Shown: piece after piece, positions 1 through 11,265 of the stretch | Position numbering within the stretch: the stretch's first letter is position 1 | Layout: each line of letters opens with the position of its first letter | Assembly (NCBI RefSeq): GCF_004010195.1 | Contig: NW_025215373.1 | Coordinates: 95,155-144,133 of the forward strand | DNA: 48,979 bases | Source of the DNA: Chiloscyllium plagiosum | Taxonomy: Eukaryota | Reading direction: 5' to 3' | Position numbers and translations under genes: made by a program | The notes under the pieces: model-generated | Told to the model about the DNA's origin: nothing | The model's database searches: none | What the model saw: the letters and a program-made list of their open reading frames with translations, nothing else

Positions 1-141
1 GGGAGGGGGGTGTAGGGGCTGGGGGAGGTGACAGGGATAGGGAGGGGGTGTAGGGGCCGGAGAGGGTGACAGGGATAGGGAGGGGATGTAGGGGCTGGAG
101 TTGGTGACAGGGATAGGGAGGAGAGTTAGGGGCTGGGGAGA
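1..141. repeat. G-rich minisatellite of about 40 bp (runs off the window start)
   Basis: gggagggggtgtaggggctggagagggtgacagggata x3.5. Confidence 0.85.
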
Positions 142-1744
142 TTAAAGGGATAGGGTGGGGTATGGGCCTAGCATTTGTTGCCCATCCCTAATTGCCCCTT
201 GAGAAGGTGGGATTGAGTTGCCTTCTTGAACCGCTGCAGTCCATGATTCACGATCACGTCCATCTTGAAGGACAAGGGCAGCAGATCCATGGGAATACCA
301 TCCCCTGCAGGTTCCCCTCTGAACCACTCACCGTCCTGACTTGGAAATATATCACTGTTCCTTCAGTGTCACTGGGTCAAAATCCTGGCATTCCCTCCCT
401 AAGAGCATTATAGGTTAACCTAAAGCATGTGAACTGTTCGAGAAGGCAGCTCACCCCCACCTTCTCAAGGGGCAACTAGGGACGGGCAATAAATGCTGTT
501 CCTCCCAGCGATGCCCAGGTTCCATGAATGAATTTTAAAAAAGCCTTCACTTGGACTTTTAAGAGTCTTTGGAATTCTTTCCCTCCGAGCTTATGGAGCT
601 TAGTCCTTGAGTCTGTTGGGGAGAGAGGTCAATGGGTTTTTGGTCATTAAGGGAATCGAGTGATGATGGGATAGTGCAGGAGGTAGTGTTGAACTGGAAG
701 GTTGGTGGAATAGCTGCACAGAGGCTGGTGTCCTGTCACCAAGTGGCCATGGATTTACCTGAGCACAGTGCACTGCCTATGGCCAACCAGCTCAGAGTCA
801 TTCCCCTGGACTGCGGAGATTCTCAATCTCCGGGTTACATATGTTTTTCTGAGATTCTGATCTCCTGGTTATATCTGCTGGTTAGTTTGGTCAGCCAGGG
901 ATTTTCTGATTGGAGGTTGTTAGCCTGGAGTTTGTCGTCAATGAAGTCTCCTTGGTTCCAATCACTACAGTCAGCCATTTTTGTGAGAGAGCAGGTTTGA
1001 GGGGCCAAATGGCCCACTCTGGCTCACATTTCCGATGTTAAATGTTTATTGATGTGTGGACAAAATAATTGAAGAATCGATTCATTGCCGTCTCTAGCAT
1101 CAGTGAAGGCATTAATTGACTTCCTGTCACATGACTGAAAGGGAGAATCAGGACCTTTTCACAGGAAAGGGGGGAGGTCAGTTTCCTAACAGCAGCGCTA
1201 TCTGAAGCCACTGAATTCTGGAATGTTCTCTCTCCTCCAGGCTGTTGGGTTTGAATTATTTCTCCACTGGGAGCATCTTCAGGTCTGCAGGAATGTAATG
1301 TTCACTGCCTGCTGAGTTGTATCATTTGAGAGCCACGTTTTCTTTGTTAATATTTTTTGTCGCTGTGCTGTGGTGGATTTTGATTTTGGGTGGAGGCTGT
1401 TATGTACTTTGTCGTGGAATCCTGACCCCTTACCCCCTCTCCCCACCCTCCGCTGGTGTTAGATGGTAGCAACGGAACAGGCGTGCATGCTCAGGGGTGT
1501 GTAGAATAGAATTGTACTGTGTACCAGGAGGCCATTCAGCCTATCGCGTCTGTACTGACTCGGAGTGTTTTGGCTTTCTGCCAATATCCCTCCTTGTGTG
1601 AGTATCCTGATATATTGTTTCGGTTTACACAGCAATCGGCTGAACCACATTTCCAGGCAGTACATTCCAGTCTCTGACTACTCGCTGAGTGAAAGTTCAT
1701 TTCTCACATCACTCTTTTGTAAAATACTTTTGAACAATATCCTC

Positions 1745-2265
1745 TGGTTTGTCATCTTATTGCAAACAGGAACAGCCTGCCCCTATCCCCTCTGCCCGGC
1801 CCACTGAGGATTTTGGAAAGCCTCTGTCAGACCTCTCTCTCTCAACCTTCCCCAGCGTCTTCAGTCTCTCCTCATCACTGGTGTTCCTGGAATCATTCCT
1901 GTAAACCGTGCTCTCCAATGCGTTCCCATCTTTCCTGTAACATGGCGCCCACCGCTGTACCCAACCCTCCGGCTGAGGTCCAACAAGTGTCTTGTACAAG
2001 TCCCGCATCACCTCCTCGCTCCTGTACCCATATTAATAACGCTGAGGACACTGTGTGCTTTATAAACTGCCCCCACCACCCTGTCCTGCCACCTTTAATG
2101 AGCTTACGGCCAATCAGACCTGGATGTTTCTCAGCCCCTGCATACCCTTTCGAACAGTACCCTTTAGGTTATACTGTCCCTCCATCTGCTTTGAACCCAC
2201 AAAACTCTTCAAATTTCATCTGCCAACTATCCACCCACCTCGCCAACATGTCAGCATTCGTTTTA
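1745..2265 (-). mobile_element. Old CR1-type LINE fragment
   Basis: LYKTLVGPQPEGWVQRWAPCYRKDGNALE (degenerate LY..LVRP.LEYC.Q.WSP motif). Many further short CR1 tails are scattered through the introns. Confidence 0.7.
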
Positions 2266-2283
2266 GGTTCTACACTGTCATAA

Positions 2284-2595
2284 AGGCCATTCAGCCCTTT
2301 GAGTCATACTGACCCTCTGAAGAACATCCCACTCAGACTCAACCCCCTCCCCCTATCCCTGTAACCCTGCATTTCCCATGATGAATCCATCTAACCTGCG
2401 CATTCCCGGGCACTTTGGGACAATTTCCCATGACTAATCCACCTGACCTGCACATCTTTGGACTGTGGGAGGAAACCCACACAGACACGGGGAGAATGTG
2501 CAATCTCCACACAGTCAGTTGCCCGAGGCTGGAATCGAACCTGGGTCCCTGGCGCTGTGAGGCAGCAGTGCTAACCACTGAGCCACGTGCCACCC
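2284..2595 (-). mobile_element. HE1-type V-SINE (tRNA-derived)
   Basis: Minus strand: A-box tggctcagtggttagcac, B-box ggttcgattcc, V-domain ttgcacattctccccgtgtctgtgtgggtttcctcc, CR1-type tail. Confidence 0.8.
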
Positions 2596-2935
2596 CAAAC
2601 TGATGACCTCACAGTTTATGATCCTTGCAAGGTTTGAGTCATCCAACAACTTTGAAATGGTCCCCTGCACAGCAAGATCCAAGTTATTAATATATTATCA
2701 AGAGAAACAAGGGTTCCAATACTGACCTCTGGGAACCTCCACTACAATCCTTCCTCCATTGGGAAAGTACCCACCGACTGTGACTCTCTGTTTGCCATCA
2801 CTCACCTGGTTTTGTATCGCATTGTTACTGTCCCTCTATAGCATGACCTCTAACTTTCTTCACAAGTCTGGAAACATCTTCTGGAAATCCACGTTCACCA
2901 CATCAACAGCATTACCCAAAATCTCCAGCAAGACC

Positions 2936-3035
2936 ATTCTGAAGAAGGGTCACTGGACCCGAAATGTTAACTCTGTTTCTCTCTCCACAGAAGCTGCCAG
3001 ACCAGCTGAGTTTCTCCAGCAATTTCTGTTTCAAA
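2936..3035 (+). mobile_element. Penelope-like terminal fragment with a hammerhead-like motif
   Basis: CTGAAGA a gggtc actg gaccc GAAA tg tt; relatives at about 4340-4446(-), 4562-4750(+), 11815-11907(-), 13495-13640 (hairpin), 39490-39590(+) and 45670-45797(-). Confidence 0.6.
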
Positions 3036-5071
3036 TCGTGGTTGTCTGTTTTATTCCGGCAAGTTAGCTCAACAAGATTTTTGCTGAACAAATAGGTGCT
3101 GCCTCTTCCATATCAACCCACATTGAACAATTTTACTGCTAATCCTATCCCAAATAATGGTTTCTAGAAGATGTCCAACCTCTGAAGATAAACTGACTGG
3201 TCTGTAATTGCTGGGTCTATATTCACGACATTTTTTGATTAAAGGGTGAAATGTGTGTAATTTTCCCGCCGCAGCCCGAGTGCAGGGGAGCTTGGAGGAT
3301 TGTGGCTCGTTCTCCTGCAATTACCACTCTCCCCTCCTTCTGTATCCTTGGATACATCTCATCATGTTCTGGTGTCTGATCCACTTTTGAGCACCCACCA
3401 TCTCACCAGTGTCTGCTACGTATCAGCGTCAAACCTTTCTTGTGACTTTCCTCCTCAGTCACTACACCTTGGCCAGCACTGGCCCCTCCAGTAAAGACCG
3501 ATCTGAAATATTCATCCAGCCCTCACAGTGTAACTCCCCTTTTGAGGCCCGTGCTCAACCCTATCCCCTCTGTTTATTGTTGATGTAGCTACGAAGAGTT
3601 TGGGGGTCTCCTCTGTTAGCTGCCAGTCTTTTTTTCAGAATCCCTCTTTATTTCTCATGTTTCTTTGTGTCTCACCTCCCCTTCGGCGAGAGTCCCTCCC
3701 CTCAACCCCATCCCCACTGCCGGCCCCTGTTCCTGCGGGTGTGGGATCTCTCTGTGTGTGTCACAGAGGTGGCCTTGAGGCATACCCACTGCCTTCATTT
3801 TAATTTGACCAAGATATCTGGATGGATTCCACCTCGTACCCCGTCCCTCTGCGTTGAAGACCGTTCCTGATGGTGAACCTATGTTTTTAAGCGCACTTCC
3901 CTTCAGATTTTAATGTGGGATGTTTGAAGAACTTCTTGTTTTAAAGGATCCCCACAGTGTGGAAACAAGGCCATTCAGCCTGACAAGTCCACACCGTCTC
4001 TTTGGAGAGCGTCCCACCCAGCCCCATCCCCCGCCCTAACCCTGTATCCCTGCATTTCCTGCGGCTGACCCACCCTGGACACAATGGGTAATTTAGCACA
4101 GCCAATCCGGCCACACCCAGAAGTTTAGACCTGTGCTCAGTGGATACCCCCGTCACCATGCCCTGGCATCGGGAAATGTCTGGGCTCATTAACACACGCA
4201 AAGGACCAAGAGTGAGCCATTCGGTCCCTCTAGCCCGACTCTGCCTCTCAGTAAGATTGTTTCTGTTTGTGTTTCAGATCTCCCTCCTCACCCTCACCCC
4301 TCCACCACCCAATGATCCCCTGCCCAACAAGAATCTATTCAGAAACAAACAGCAGATGTTGCTGGAAAAGCTCAGCAGGTCTGGCAGCAACTGCGGAGAG
4401 AAATCAGAGTTAACGTTTTGGGTCGAGGTGACCCTTCCTCAGAACTGCTATTCACCTCTGTCTTCAAATATTCAAAGACTTCCACTCCCCCCCCCCCCCC
4501 CCCCCCCCCACCCCCGACCCCTGCCACAGAGACTCCCAATGTCTCACAACTCTCAGAGTCGAACTCTGATGAAGAGGCACCTACACTGGAAATGTTAGCG
4601 CTCCCTCTCTCTCTCTCTCCCTCTCTCTCTCTCTCCCTCTCTCTCTCTCCCTCTCTCTCTCTCTGTGGATGCTGTCTGACCCGCTGGGATCTCCAGCCTT
4701 TACTGTTTTCAGTACAGATTCCAGCCTCTGCAGTAACTTGCTGCTACATTCCCTTCATCTCTGACCTGGGAGGGCGACCCCCTAATTGTAAAACAGCGCC
4801 CCTTGGTCCTGGGCTGACCCACAAGGGGAACTATCCTTCCCACATCCTCCATGTTCTGACCGCTCGGGGCCTGACGCACTCCAATCAGTTAACCCCTCCC
4901 TCTCTGAACCCCACTGGAAACACGCCCCTGTCTGTCCGAACCCCCTCATCAAACAACCCACTTGTAAATTCTCGGAATTATTTCCTATGTATTTCCATCC
5001 TTCCTTAAATAAGGAGCCTGAAGCTGCACATAGTATTCGAGATCTGGTCTCACCAATCCCTCCACATCTGA

Positions 5072-5125
5072 GTCAGAAGTCACAAGACACTGGGTTATAG
5101 TCTAACAGGTTTGTTTGAAATCAAA
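5072..5125 (-). mobile_element. Penelope-like terminal arm (left, inverted) abutting the PK fragment
   Basis: Reverse complement of 6129-6182; matches the sequence just 3' of the hammerhead in the copy at 31596-31685. Confidence 0.7.
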
Positions 5126-6028
5126 TGCAGTGGTTTTCCAAAATACCAGCAACCACTTTCTCAGGTTATGTGTAATCTAGGCTGCAGTATATTTTCAATC
5201 ACATTTCTCTTTAAATGCATCGTCCAGAGTGACTTTAAGTTTTGCTGCTTTCTTCAGTTCAATCTCAGCAAAAATACCACGTGCCTTAATAAGGAGAAAG
5301 TGAGGACTGCAGATGCTGGAGATCAGAGTCGAGAGTGTGGCGCTGGAAAAGCACAGCCAGTCAGGCAGCATCCGAGGGACAGGAGAGTCGACATTTTGGA
5401 CATAAGCCATTCCTGATCTTCCTTCCCACCTATCCACTGCACCCTCCCCTCCGACCTATCGCCATCACCCTCTACCTGCACCCACCTACCGCTGTCCCAG
5501 CCCCTTTCACCCCCCCCAGCCCCACCCTCCTATTTATCCCCCAGCCCCTTTGGTCCCACCCTCATTCCTGAAGAAGGGGTTATGCCCAAAACGTTGACTC
5601 TCCCGCTCCTCGGACGCTGCCTGACCTGCTGTGCTTTTCCAGCATTATACATTTTGACCCACGTCCCTTAATGATTCCTGTGCGGATCTCAGGTCCCTTT
5701 GCATCCAGAGCAATCGCGACTGGTCTGGAGGGGATGGGATTCCCAGCACAACTCTCCGGAGCCTCACGGACATTCTTGATGGTCTCTGCATGGTCCTGGT
5801 GTCCCTTGTGAGAAATTCCAGGTTCATCGGAGCTTTGATCGTCTCCTTCAGCGTTGGCACAGAGTTGGTAGCAGGCTGCAATGATACACCCAGTGCCAGT
5901 GTTCAGTGCATTGGTTGTGTCCAAGTCCATATCTATCAGACACAAGGTGCTGCAGGGAATTTGGCAGCAATGGCAGTGCCTGGCAATTGGCATTGAACCA
6001 AGGCTGTGCCCACTTCATGCTTAGTGAG
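5126..6028 (-). pseudogene. PKM: Processed pseudogene fragment of pyruvate kinase (PKM-like, about residues 1-170), frameshifted and split by an insertion at 5291-5658
   Basis: Minus-strand peptides in shifting frames: KHEVGTALVQ, CLIDMD..ALNTG, PATNSVPTLKETIKAPMN, HAETIKNVREAPES..RPVAIALDAKGPEIRTGIIKG, then AEIELKKAAKLKVTLDDAFKEKCD and ENIL. No introns at positions where vertebrate PKM has them. Confidence 0.9.
5291..5658. mobile_element. Penelope-derived inverted-repeat element inserted in the PK pseudogene
   Basis: Inverted arms at about 5343-5408 and 5579-5642; degenerate hammerhead ctgaagaaggggttatgcccaaaacgt; flanked by a 14-bp direct repeat ccacgt(g/c)ccttaat at 5277-5290 and 5659-5672. 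Confidence 0.75.
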
Positions 6029-6128
6029 TGGTTGGCCTAGCTGTTGGTTCTATCCTGCCCGAGATCAGACCAGATCCCCGACATCCTGCTCGTGCTGCTG
6101 CTCCCTCTTTATGTTTGATTTGGTTTTA

Positions 6129-6218
6129 TTTGGTTTCAAATGAACCTGTTGGACTATATCCTGGTGTCATGTGACTTCTGACCTTGTCCACCCCAGGCCC
6201 ACACCGGAACCTCCACAC
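6129..6218 (+). mobile_element. Penelope-like terminal arm (right) with 3' tail
   Basis: tttcaaatgaacctgttggactata...cttgtccaccccaggcccacaccggaacctccac; homologous to 30750-30833 and 31630-31685. Confidence 0.7.
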
Positions 6219-6451
6219 CCTCTCGACCTGTTGCCCCTCCCCCGGTCGTGAAGGACGGTATCTGAGGAGCCTTCCTGATGACCACCCTCCGGCACTGGAA
6301 CACCACGGTCCCTCTGCACCTCCCCGTTCCGCGCTGGCCCTCCGTTTCGATCCTAGCCCGCTCCCTCCCTCTGAAGTCAGCAGCTTCCCACTTTCCCACA
6401 ATGCACTCTGGCTGCCGGACTCTCCCTCCCTCGCTTTTCCCGGGATGGCCT

Positions 6452-7729
6452 GCTGCGCCCCGGTGACTGGGTGGCTGCGCCCCGGTGACTGGGTGGCTGC
6501 GCCCCGGTGACTGGGTGGCTGCGCCCCGGTGACTGGGTGGCTGCGCCCCGGTGACTGGGTGGCTGCGCCCCGGTGACTGGGTGGCTGCGCCCCGGTGACT
6601 GGGTGGCTGCGCCCCGGTGACTGGGTGGCTGCGCCCCGGTGACTGGGTGGCTGCGCCCCGGTGACTGGGTGGCTGCGCCCCGGTGACTGGGTGGCTGCGC
6701 CCCGGTGACTGGGTGGCTGCGCCCCGGTGACTGGGTGGCTGCGCCCCGGTGACTGGGTGGCTGCGCCCCGGTGACTGGGTGGCTGCGCCCCGGTGACTGG
6801 GTGGCTGCGCCCCGGTGACTGGGTGGCTGCGCCCCGGTGACTGGGTGGCTGCGCCCCGGTGACTGGGTGGCTGCGCCCCGGTGACTGGGTGGCTGCGCCC
6901 CGGTGACTGGGTGGCTGCGCCCCGGTGACTGGGTGGCTGCGCCCCGGTGACTGGGTGGCTGCGCCCCGGTGACTGGGTGGCTGCGCCCCGGTGACTGGGT
7001 GGCTGCGCCCCGGTGACTGGGTGGCTGCGCCCCGGTGACTGGGTGGCTGCGCCCCGGTGACTGGGTGGCTGCGCCCCGGTGACTGGGTGGCTGCGCCCCG
7101 GTGACTGGGTGGCTGCGCCCCGGTGACTGGGTGGCTGCGCCCCGGTGACTGGGTGGCTGCGCCCCGGTGACTGGGTGGCTGCGCCCCGGTGACTGGGTGG
7201 CTGCGCCCCGGTGACTGGGTGGCTGCGCCCCGGTGACTGGGTGGCTGCGCCCCGGTGACTGGGTGGCTGCGCCCCGGTTACTGGGTGGCTGCGCCCCGGT
7301 TACTGGGTGGCTGCGCCCCGGTTACTGGGTGGCTGCGCCCCGGTTACTGGGTGGCTGCGCCCCGGTTACTGGGTGGCTGCGCCCCGGTTACTGGGTGGCT
7401 GCGCCCCGGTTACTGGGTGGCTGCGCCCCGGTTACTGGGTGGCTGCGCCCCGGTTACTGGGTGGCTGCGCCCCGGTTACTGGGTGGCTGCGCCCCGGTTA
7501 CTGGGTGGCTGCGCCCCGGTGACTGGGTGGCTGCGCCCCGGTGACTGGTTGACTGCGCCCCGGTTACTGGGTGGCTGCGCCCCGGTTACTGGGTGGCTGC
7601 GCCCCGGTTACTGGGTGGCTGCGCCCCGGTGACTGGGTGGCTGCGCCCCGGTGACTGGGTGGCTGCGCCCCGGTTACTGGGTGACTGCGCCCCGGTTACT
7701 GGGTGACTGCGCCCCGGTTACTGGGTGGC
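6452..7729. repeat. 22-bp GC-rich minisatellite, about 58 copies
   Basis: (gactgggtggctgcgccccggt)n; invariant to about 7270, then a ggttact variant block. Confidence 0.97.
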
Positions 7730-7869
7730 AGCCTCTGTTTCCTGGTGTTGGAGTGGGGTTAGGAGCTGACAACTACTGAGTCAGACTGAAGCTGTGGGTG
7801 AGGGAGGTCACTGTCTGTACTCCTGACTCCCTAACCTCTGTGTGTGTCTCTCTCTCTGTCTCCCCACAG

Positions 7870-7939
7870 CTCCTACATTTACCAACGACGCTTTGTCAGG
7901 CTGGATCCTGACTATTTGAGATACTTTGAGAATGACAAG
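7870..7939 (+). CDS. ARAP1: ARAP1 exon, PH1 (SYIYQRRFVRLDPDYLRYFENDK)
   Basis: Pyrimidine tract + cacag| acceptor; AAG|gtgaga donor; 70 nt. Confidence 0.92.
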
Positions 7940-9485
7940 GTGAGACTGCAGAGAGAGAGAGAGAGAGAGAGAGAGTCGAAACCAAAAGGACATGGGAACA
8001 GGAATTGGCCATTCAGCCCTTCGAGCCTACTCCACCATTCAATGCTATCATGGCTGAGCTGTGAATCCTCAACTCCACTTTCCGCCTGACTCTTGAATCA
8101 ATTTGGGATCATAAAATACAGCACAGAAACCGACTACTCCCAATCCCCACTAACCTCGCCCCACTACACACCCCGCCATGACCCTCAAATACCTTCCTCC
8201 CACCTGCAAGCTGCTGTCCCTCCTGCCCTCAGGGTGTACACTCCATGTCCTGACCAATGTCGGAACAAAAGGGATACCCTTGTTTTACAGATCTATTAGA
8301 TGTTTTTTTGGGGGATGCAGTCAGTAGGGTTGATGAGGGAGAGCCAGTCGATGTAGTACACAGGGATTTCCAAAAGGCATTCAATCATGTTGCACACTGA
8401 CGGCTCACGTGGCAGGCCATTCGGCCCCTTGTGCTGCTCTGCTGTTTGATAAAGATGGTGTCTGATCAGACTGGGGCGTCTCTGGCACTCCCGGTCAGTC
8501 GAAAAACCCGGGAAATGGACAAGATTGAGGGATTATTCCCAGTGGGTGAGGCATTGAGGACATGTGGGGTGTAGTCTCGGGATGAGCATCGAAGACTTTA
8601 GGGCCAAGATTCGGGAGAATAACTGCAGTCGGGAGGCCGTGAATCTTTGGAGTCCTCTGGCTGAGAGAGCAGTGGGTGCTCCAGCATTGAGTACATTTAA
8701 GGCTGGGCTAGTCTGATATCTCATGTTCCCCGGGGAATGGAGAGATATCGAGGAGGGGGCATTGACTCCTCGGTCAGCCACGATCATATTGAATGATGGA
8801 GCATGCTCGATGGGCTGAATGGCCCACTCTTGCAACTATTTTGTGTTTGGTTTGTGAAGGACATTTCCCACCCTCTAACTTCATCCCTTTCCAATAACTA
8901 TCCAGCTCTTTTGAAACCTCTGCCTCCGCCATCTCCCAGGCACAGCATTCCAAACCCTAACAACTCTGAGTGAAAACGATTCTCCTCAATCTCACTCCTA
9001 GCTTTCTTGAAACTGTCAGCCCTAGTTACTGATGCCCTAAATCTATGTTCTTGATCATTCTTGATCCTTGCACCAAGGGGACCAGTCTCTCTCCATCTAC
9101 TCAATGCCAAACCCCTCGTGATTCTGAAACACCTCGATCAGGTCTGCTCTTCCCCGAGGAAGGGAGCAGTCTTCAGACTCATCACTCCCACCTTCCCCAA
9201 TCTTTCTCCAAGTGATCTTCCTTGGTGCAGAGTGATGTTTTCCTTCAGTTGACCTTTTGTATTCTGGTATTCTGAGCTCTCCTGTTCACTTCTGAACCAG
9301 TCCACACAATCCACTCACACAGTGTCCAAATGCTGTTTTCCTTTGACTTTGTTATTCTTGCAAAGTGTCCTGATTGGCGCAAAATGAAAACTTTTGACTT
9401 GTTTCAGCGATGTTAACGTGAATGATTTTGTGAGTGATTTTTTTTTTTTCCGTCCCATTCCCTTTCCTGATTCTCCAATTTCCAG

Positions 9486-9606
9486 GAAGTTTATTCCAAA
9501 CGTGTCATCTCCATCAAATCCATCACCCGGGTTTTATCCGTCGGGGATCAGAAGTTTGAGGTTATCACTTCCAACCGCACCTTTGTTTTCCGGGCGGATA
9601 GTGACG
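9486..9606 (+). CDS. ARAP1: ARAP1 exon, PH1 (EVYSKRVISIKSITRVLSVGDQKFEVITSNRTFVFRADSD)
   Basis: tccag| ... G|gtgagt; 121 nt; translated by hand (frame not in the ORF track). Confidence 0.93.
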
Positions 9607-10059
9607 GTGAGTCCCACTCCGATTTGGGAAAAACAGGATTTTAGTCAGGGAGGAGCTGAGGTAGGTGGGATTTGAATCCGATTGGCTCTGTGTGGGTGAC
9701 CTGGGAGTGAGACACTGCACTCCAGGAAGGTTGGGATGCTGGGCAGGCTGAGCTCGGGCCTGGGGACAAGGCCTGGGTACCATCTCATAACCAAACACCC
9801 CCCTCCACCCATCCCCCACTCCCCACCCCCAGGGACGTTGTGGTACCTCCCCAGGTCCCAGGTCACATAGCTCCCCAAGCTGGGGAGAGAGAGAGAGTGT
9901 GACGGAGACATTGAGGGTAAGAGAGAGAGATGTGGGGTGGATAAGGGGATGAGAGATAAAGGGAAGAGAGAGATAAGGGGGGAAGAGAGATTCATGAGAT
10001 GGAGAAAGAGAGACAGAAGCGGGGGAAAGAGAGAGATAGCGGGGAAGAGAGATATGAGG

Positions 10060-10224
10060 NNNNNNNNNNNNNNNNNNNNNNNNNNNNNNNNNNNNNNNNN
10101 NNNNNNNNNNNNNNNNNNNNNNNNNNNNNNNNNNNNNNNNNNNNNNNNNNNNNNNNNNNNNNNNNNNNNNNNNNNNNNNNNNNNNNNNNNNNNNNNNNNN
10201 NNNNNNNNNNNNNNNNNNNNNNNN
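10060..10224. other. Assembly gap
   Basis: N run. Confidence 0.99.
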
Positions 10225-10290
10225 TGTGTTTCCTGGGCGCGGTGGGGGGATTGTCCTGAGTCATTTGTTGGGATTGTGTGTGTATTCCAG

Positions 10291-10508
10291 GAGAGAGGAA
10301 TGAATGGGTGAGGCTGATCCAGCAAACAGTGGAGGAGAAGAGGCAGCACAGCGAGCACATGCAGGATGCTCGCATGTCCGATTGCTTCTTCCGGGATAGT
10401 GTCTCGGATGTGGGCGAGAAATCCGGTTACTTGGAGATTCGCACGTGTCGGAATAAAGTCTATGTGTCCATTCATGGGAACAAGGTGTGGCTGTACAAGA
10501 ACGAAGAG
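10291..10508 (+). CDS. ARAP1: ARAP1 exon, end of PH1/start of PH2 (ERNEWVRLIQQ...KVWLYKNEE)
   Basis: ttccag| ... GAG|gtgagc; 218 nt; within ORF 10278..10547. Confidence 0.92.
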
Positions 10509-10757
10509 GTGAGCAATCTCTCCGGCATTGGCTGTTTCTGTTTCTGATTACATTGCCAGACCCACTGAGTTTTTCCAGCACACTCCCTCTCCCCCTTGCG
10601 CCCCTCTCTGTCCCTCCCCCCTCTCTCTCACTCCCCCTCTCCCCTCCATCTCCCTCCCCCTCTCTCTCTCTCCCCATCTTTCTTCCTCTCTCTCTCTCTC
10701 TTGCTCCCTCCACTCTCCCTCCCTCTTTTCTCTCCCTCCTCTGTCTCTCCCTCCTCT

Positions 10758-10797
<40 letters not shown>

Positions 10798-10905
10798 TCC
10801 ACCCTCGCCCCCCACCTCCCTCCTCCCTGTGTCTCCTTGGTGATAGTCCGTCTGCTGGAGGAGGGAGAGCTGTGATTTATTCCCTGTTGTGTTGCCCCCT
10901 GACAG

Positions 10906-11012
10906 GATTACAGACTGGGGATCGGTGTTACCTCAGTGGAGATGAACGTTGCGACAGTGAAGGATGCTGACAGACGAGGCTTTGACCTCACCACACCGTA
11001 TAAAACCTTCAG
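10906..11012 (+). CDS. ARAP1: ARAP1 exon, PH2 (DYRLGIGVTSVEMNVATVKDADRRGFDLTTPYKTF)
   Basis: gacag| ... AG|gtaggt; 107 nt; translated by hand. Confidence 0.93.
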
Positions 11013-11265
11013 GTAGGTCCGCGCTTGGGGCCAGGCCCCTCACCTTCAGGAAGGCCTCTGCTCGGGCCAGGCCCCTCTCCTTCACGTAGGCCGCACTCGG
11101 GGCCAGGCCCCTCTCCTTCAGGTAGGCCACTGCTCGGGGCTAGGCCCCTCTTCTTCAGGTAGGTCCCCGCTTGGGGCCAGGCCCCCCTCCTTCAGAAAGG
11201 CCGCACTTGGGGCTAGGCCCCTCTCCTTCATGTAGGTCCCCACTCGGGGCCAGGCCCCTGTCCTT
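11007..11265. repeat. 36-37-bp minisatellite, about 7 copies, containing the exon donor site
   Basis: cttcaggtaggtccgcgcttggggccaggcccctctc-like units. Confidence 0.9.

Noticed and set aside
2500..2595. tRNA genes
   Set aside because: The A/B boxes are SINE heads joined to V-domains; no cloverleaf.
5580..5993. Functional nested pyruvate kinase gene
   Set aside because: Multiple frameshifts, no intact start codon, a mobile-element insertion and loss of most of the catalytic domain.
6452..7729. CRISPR-like array or repeat-protein ORFs (7233..7632)
   Set aside because: Head-to-tail repeats with no unique spacers in eukaryotic DNA; the ORFs are translations of the variant block.
1..7869. Upstream ARAP1 exon encoding the start of PH1 (GWLDK..PQG)
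   Set aside because: Not found by eye in this interval; presumably upstream of the window.
9645..10970. Long ORFs with X runs or SL/ER repeats (also 16330..17239, 21662..22371, 47137..47407)
   Set aside because: Artefacts of N gaps and microsatellites, apart from the exon portions listed.
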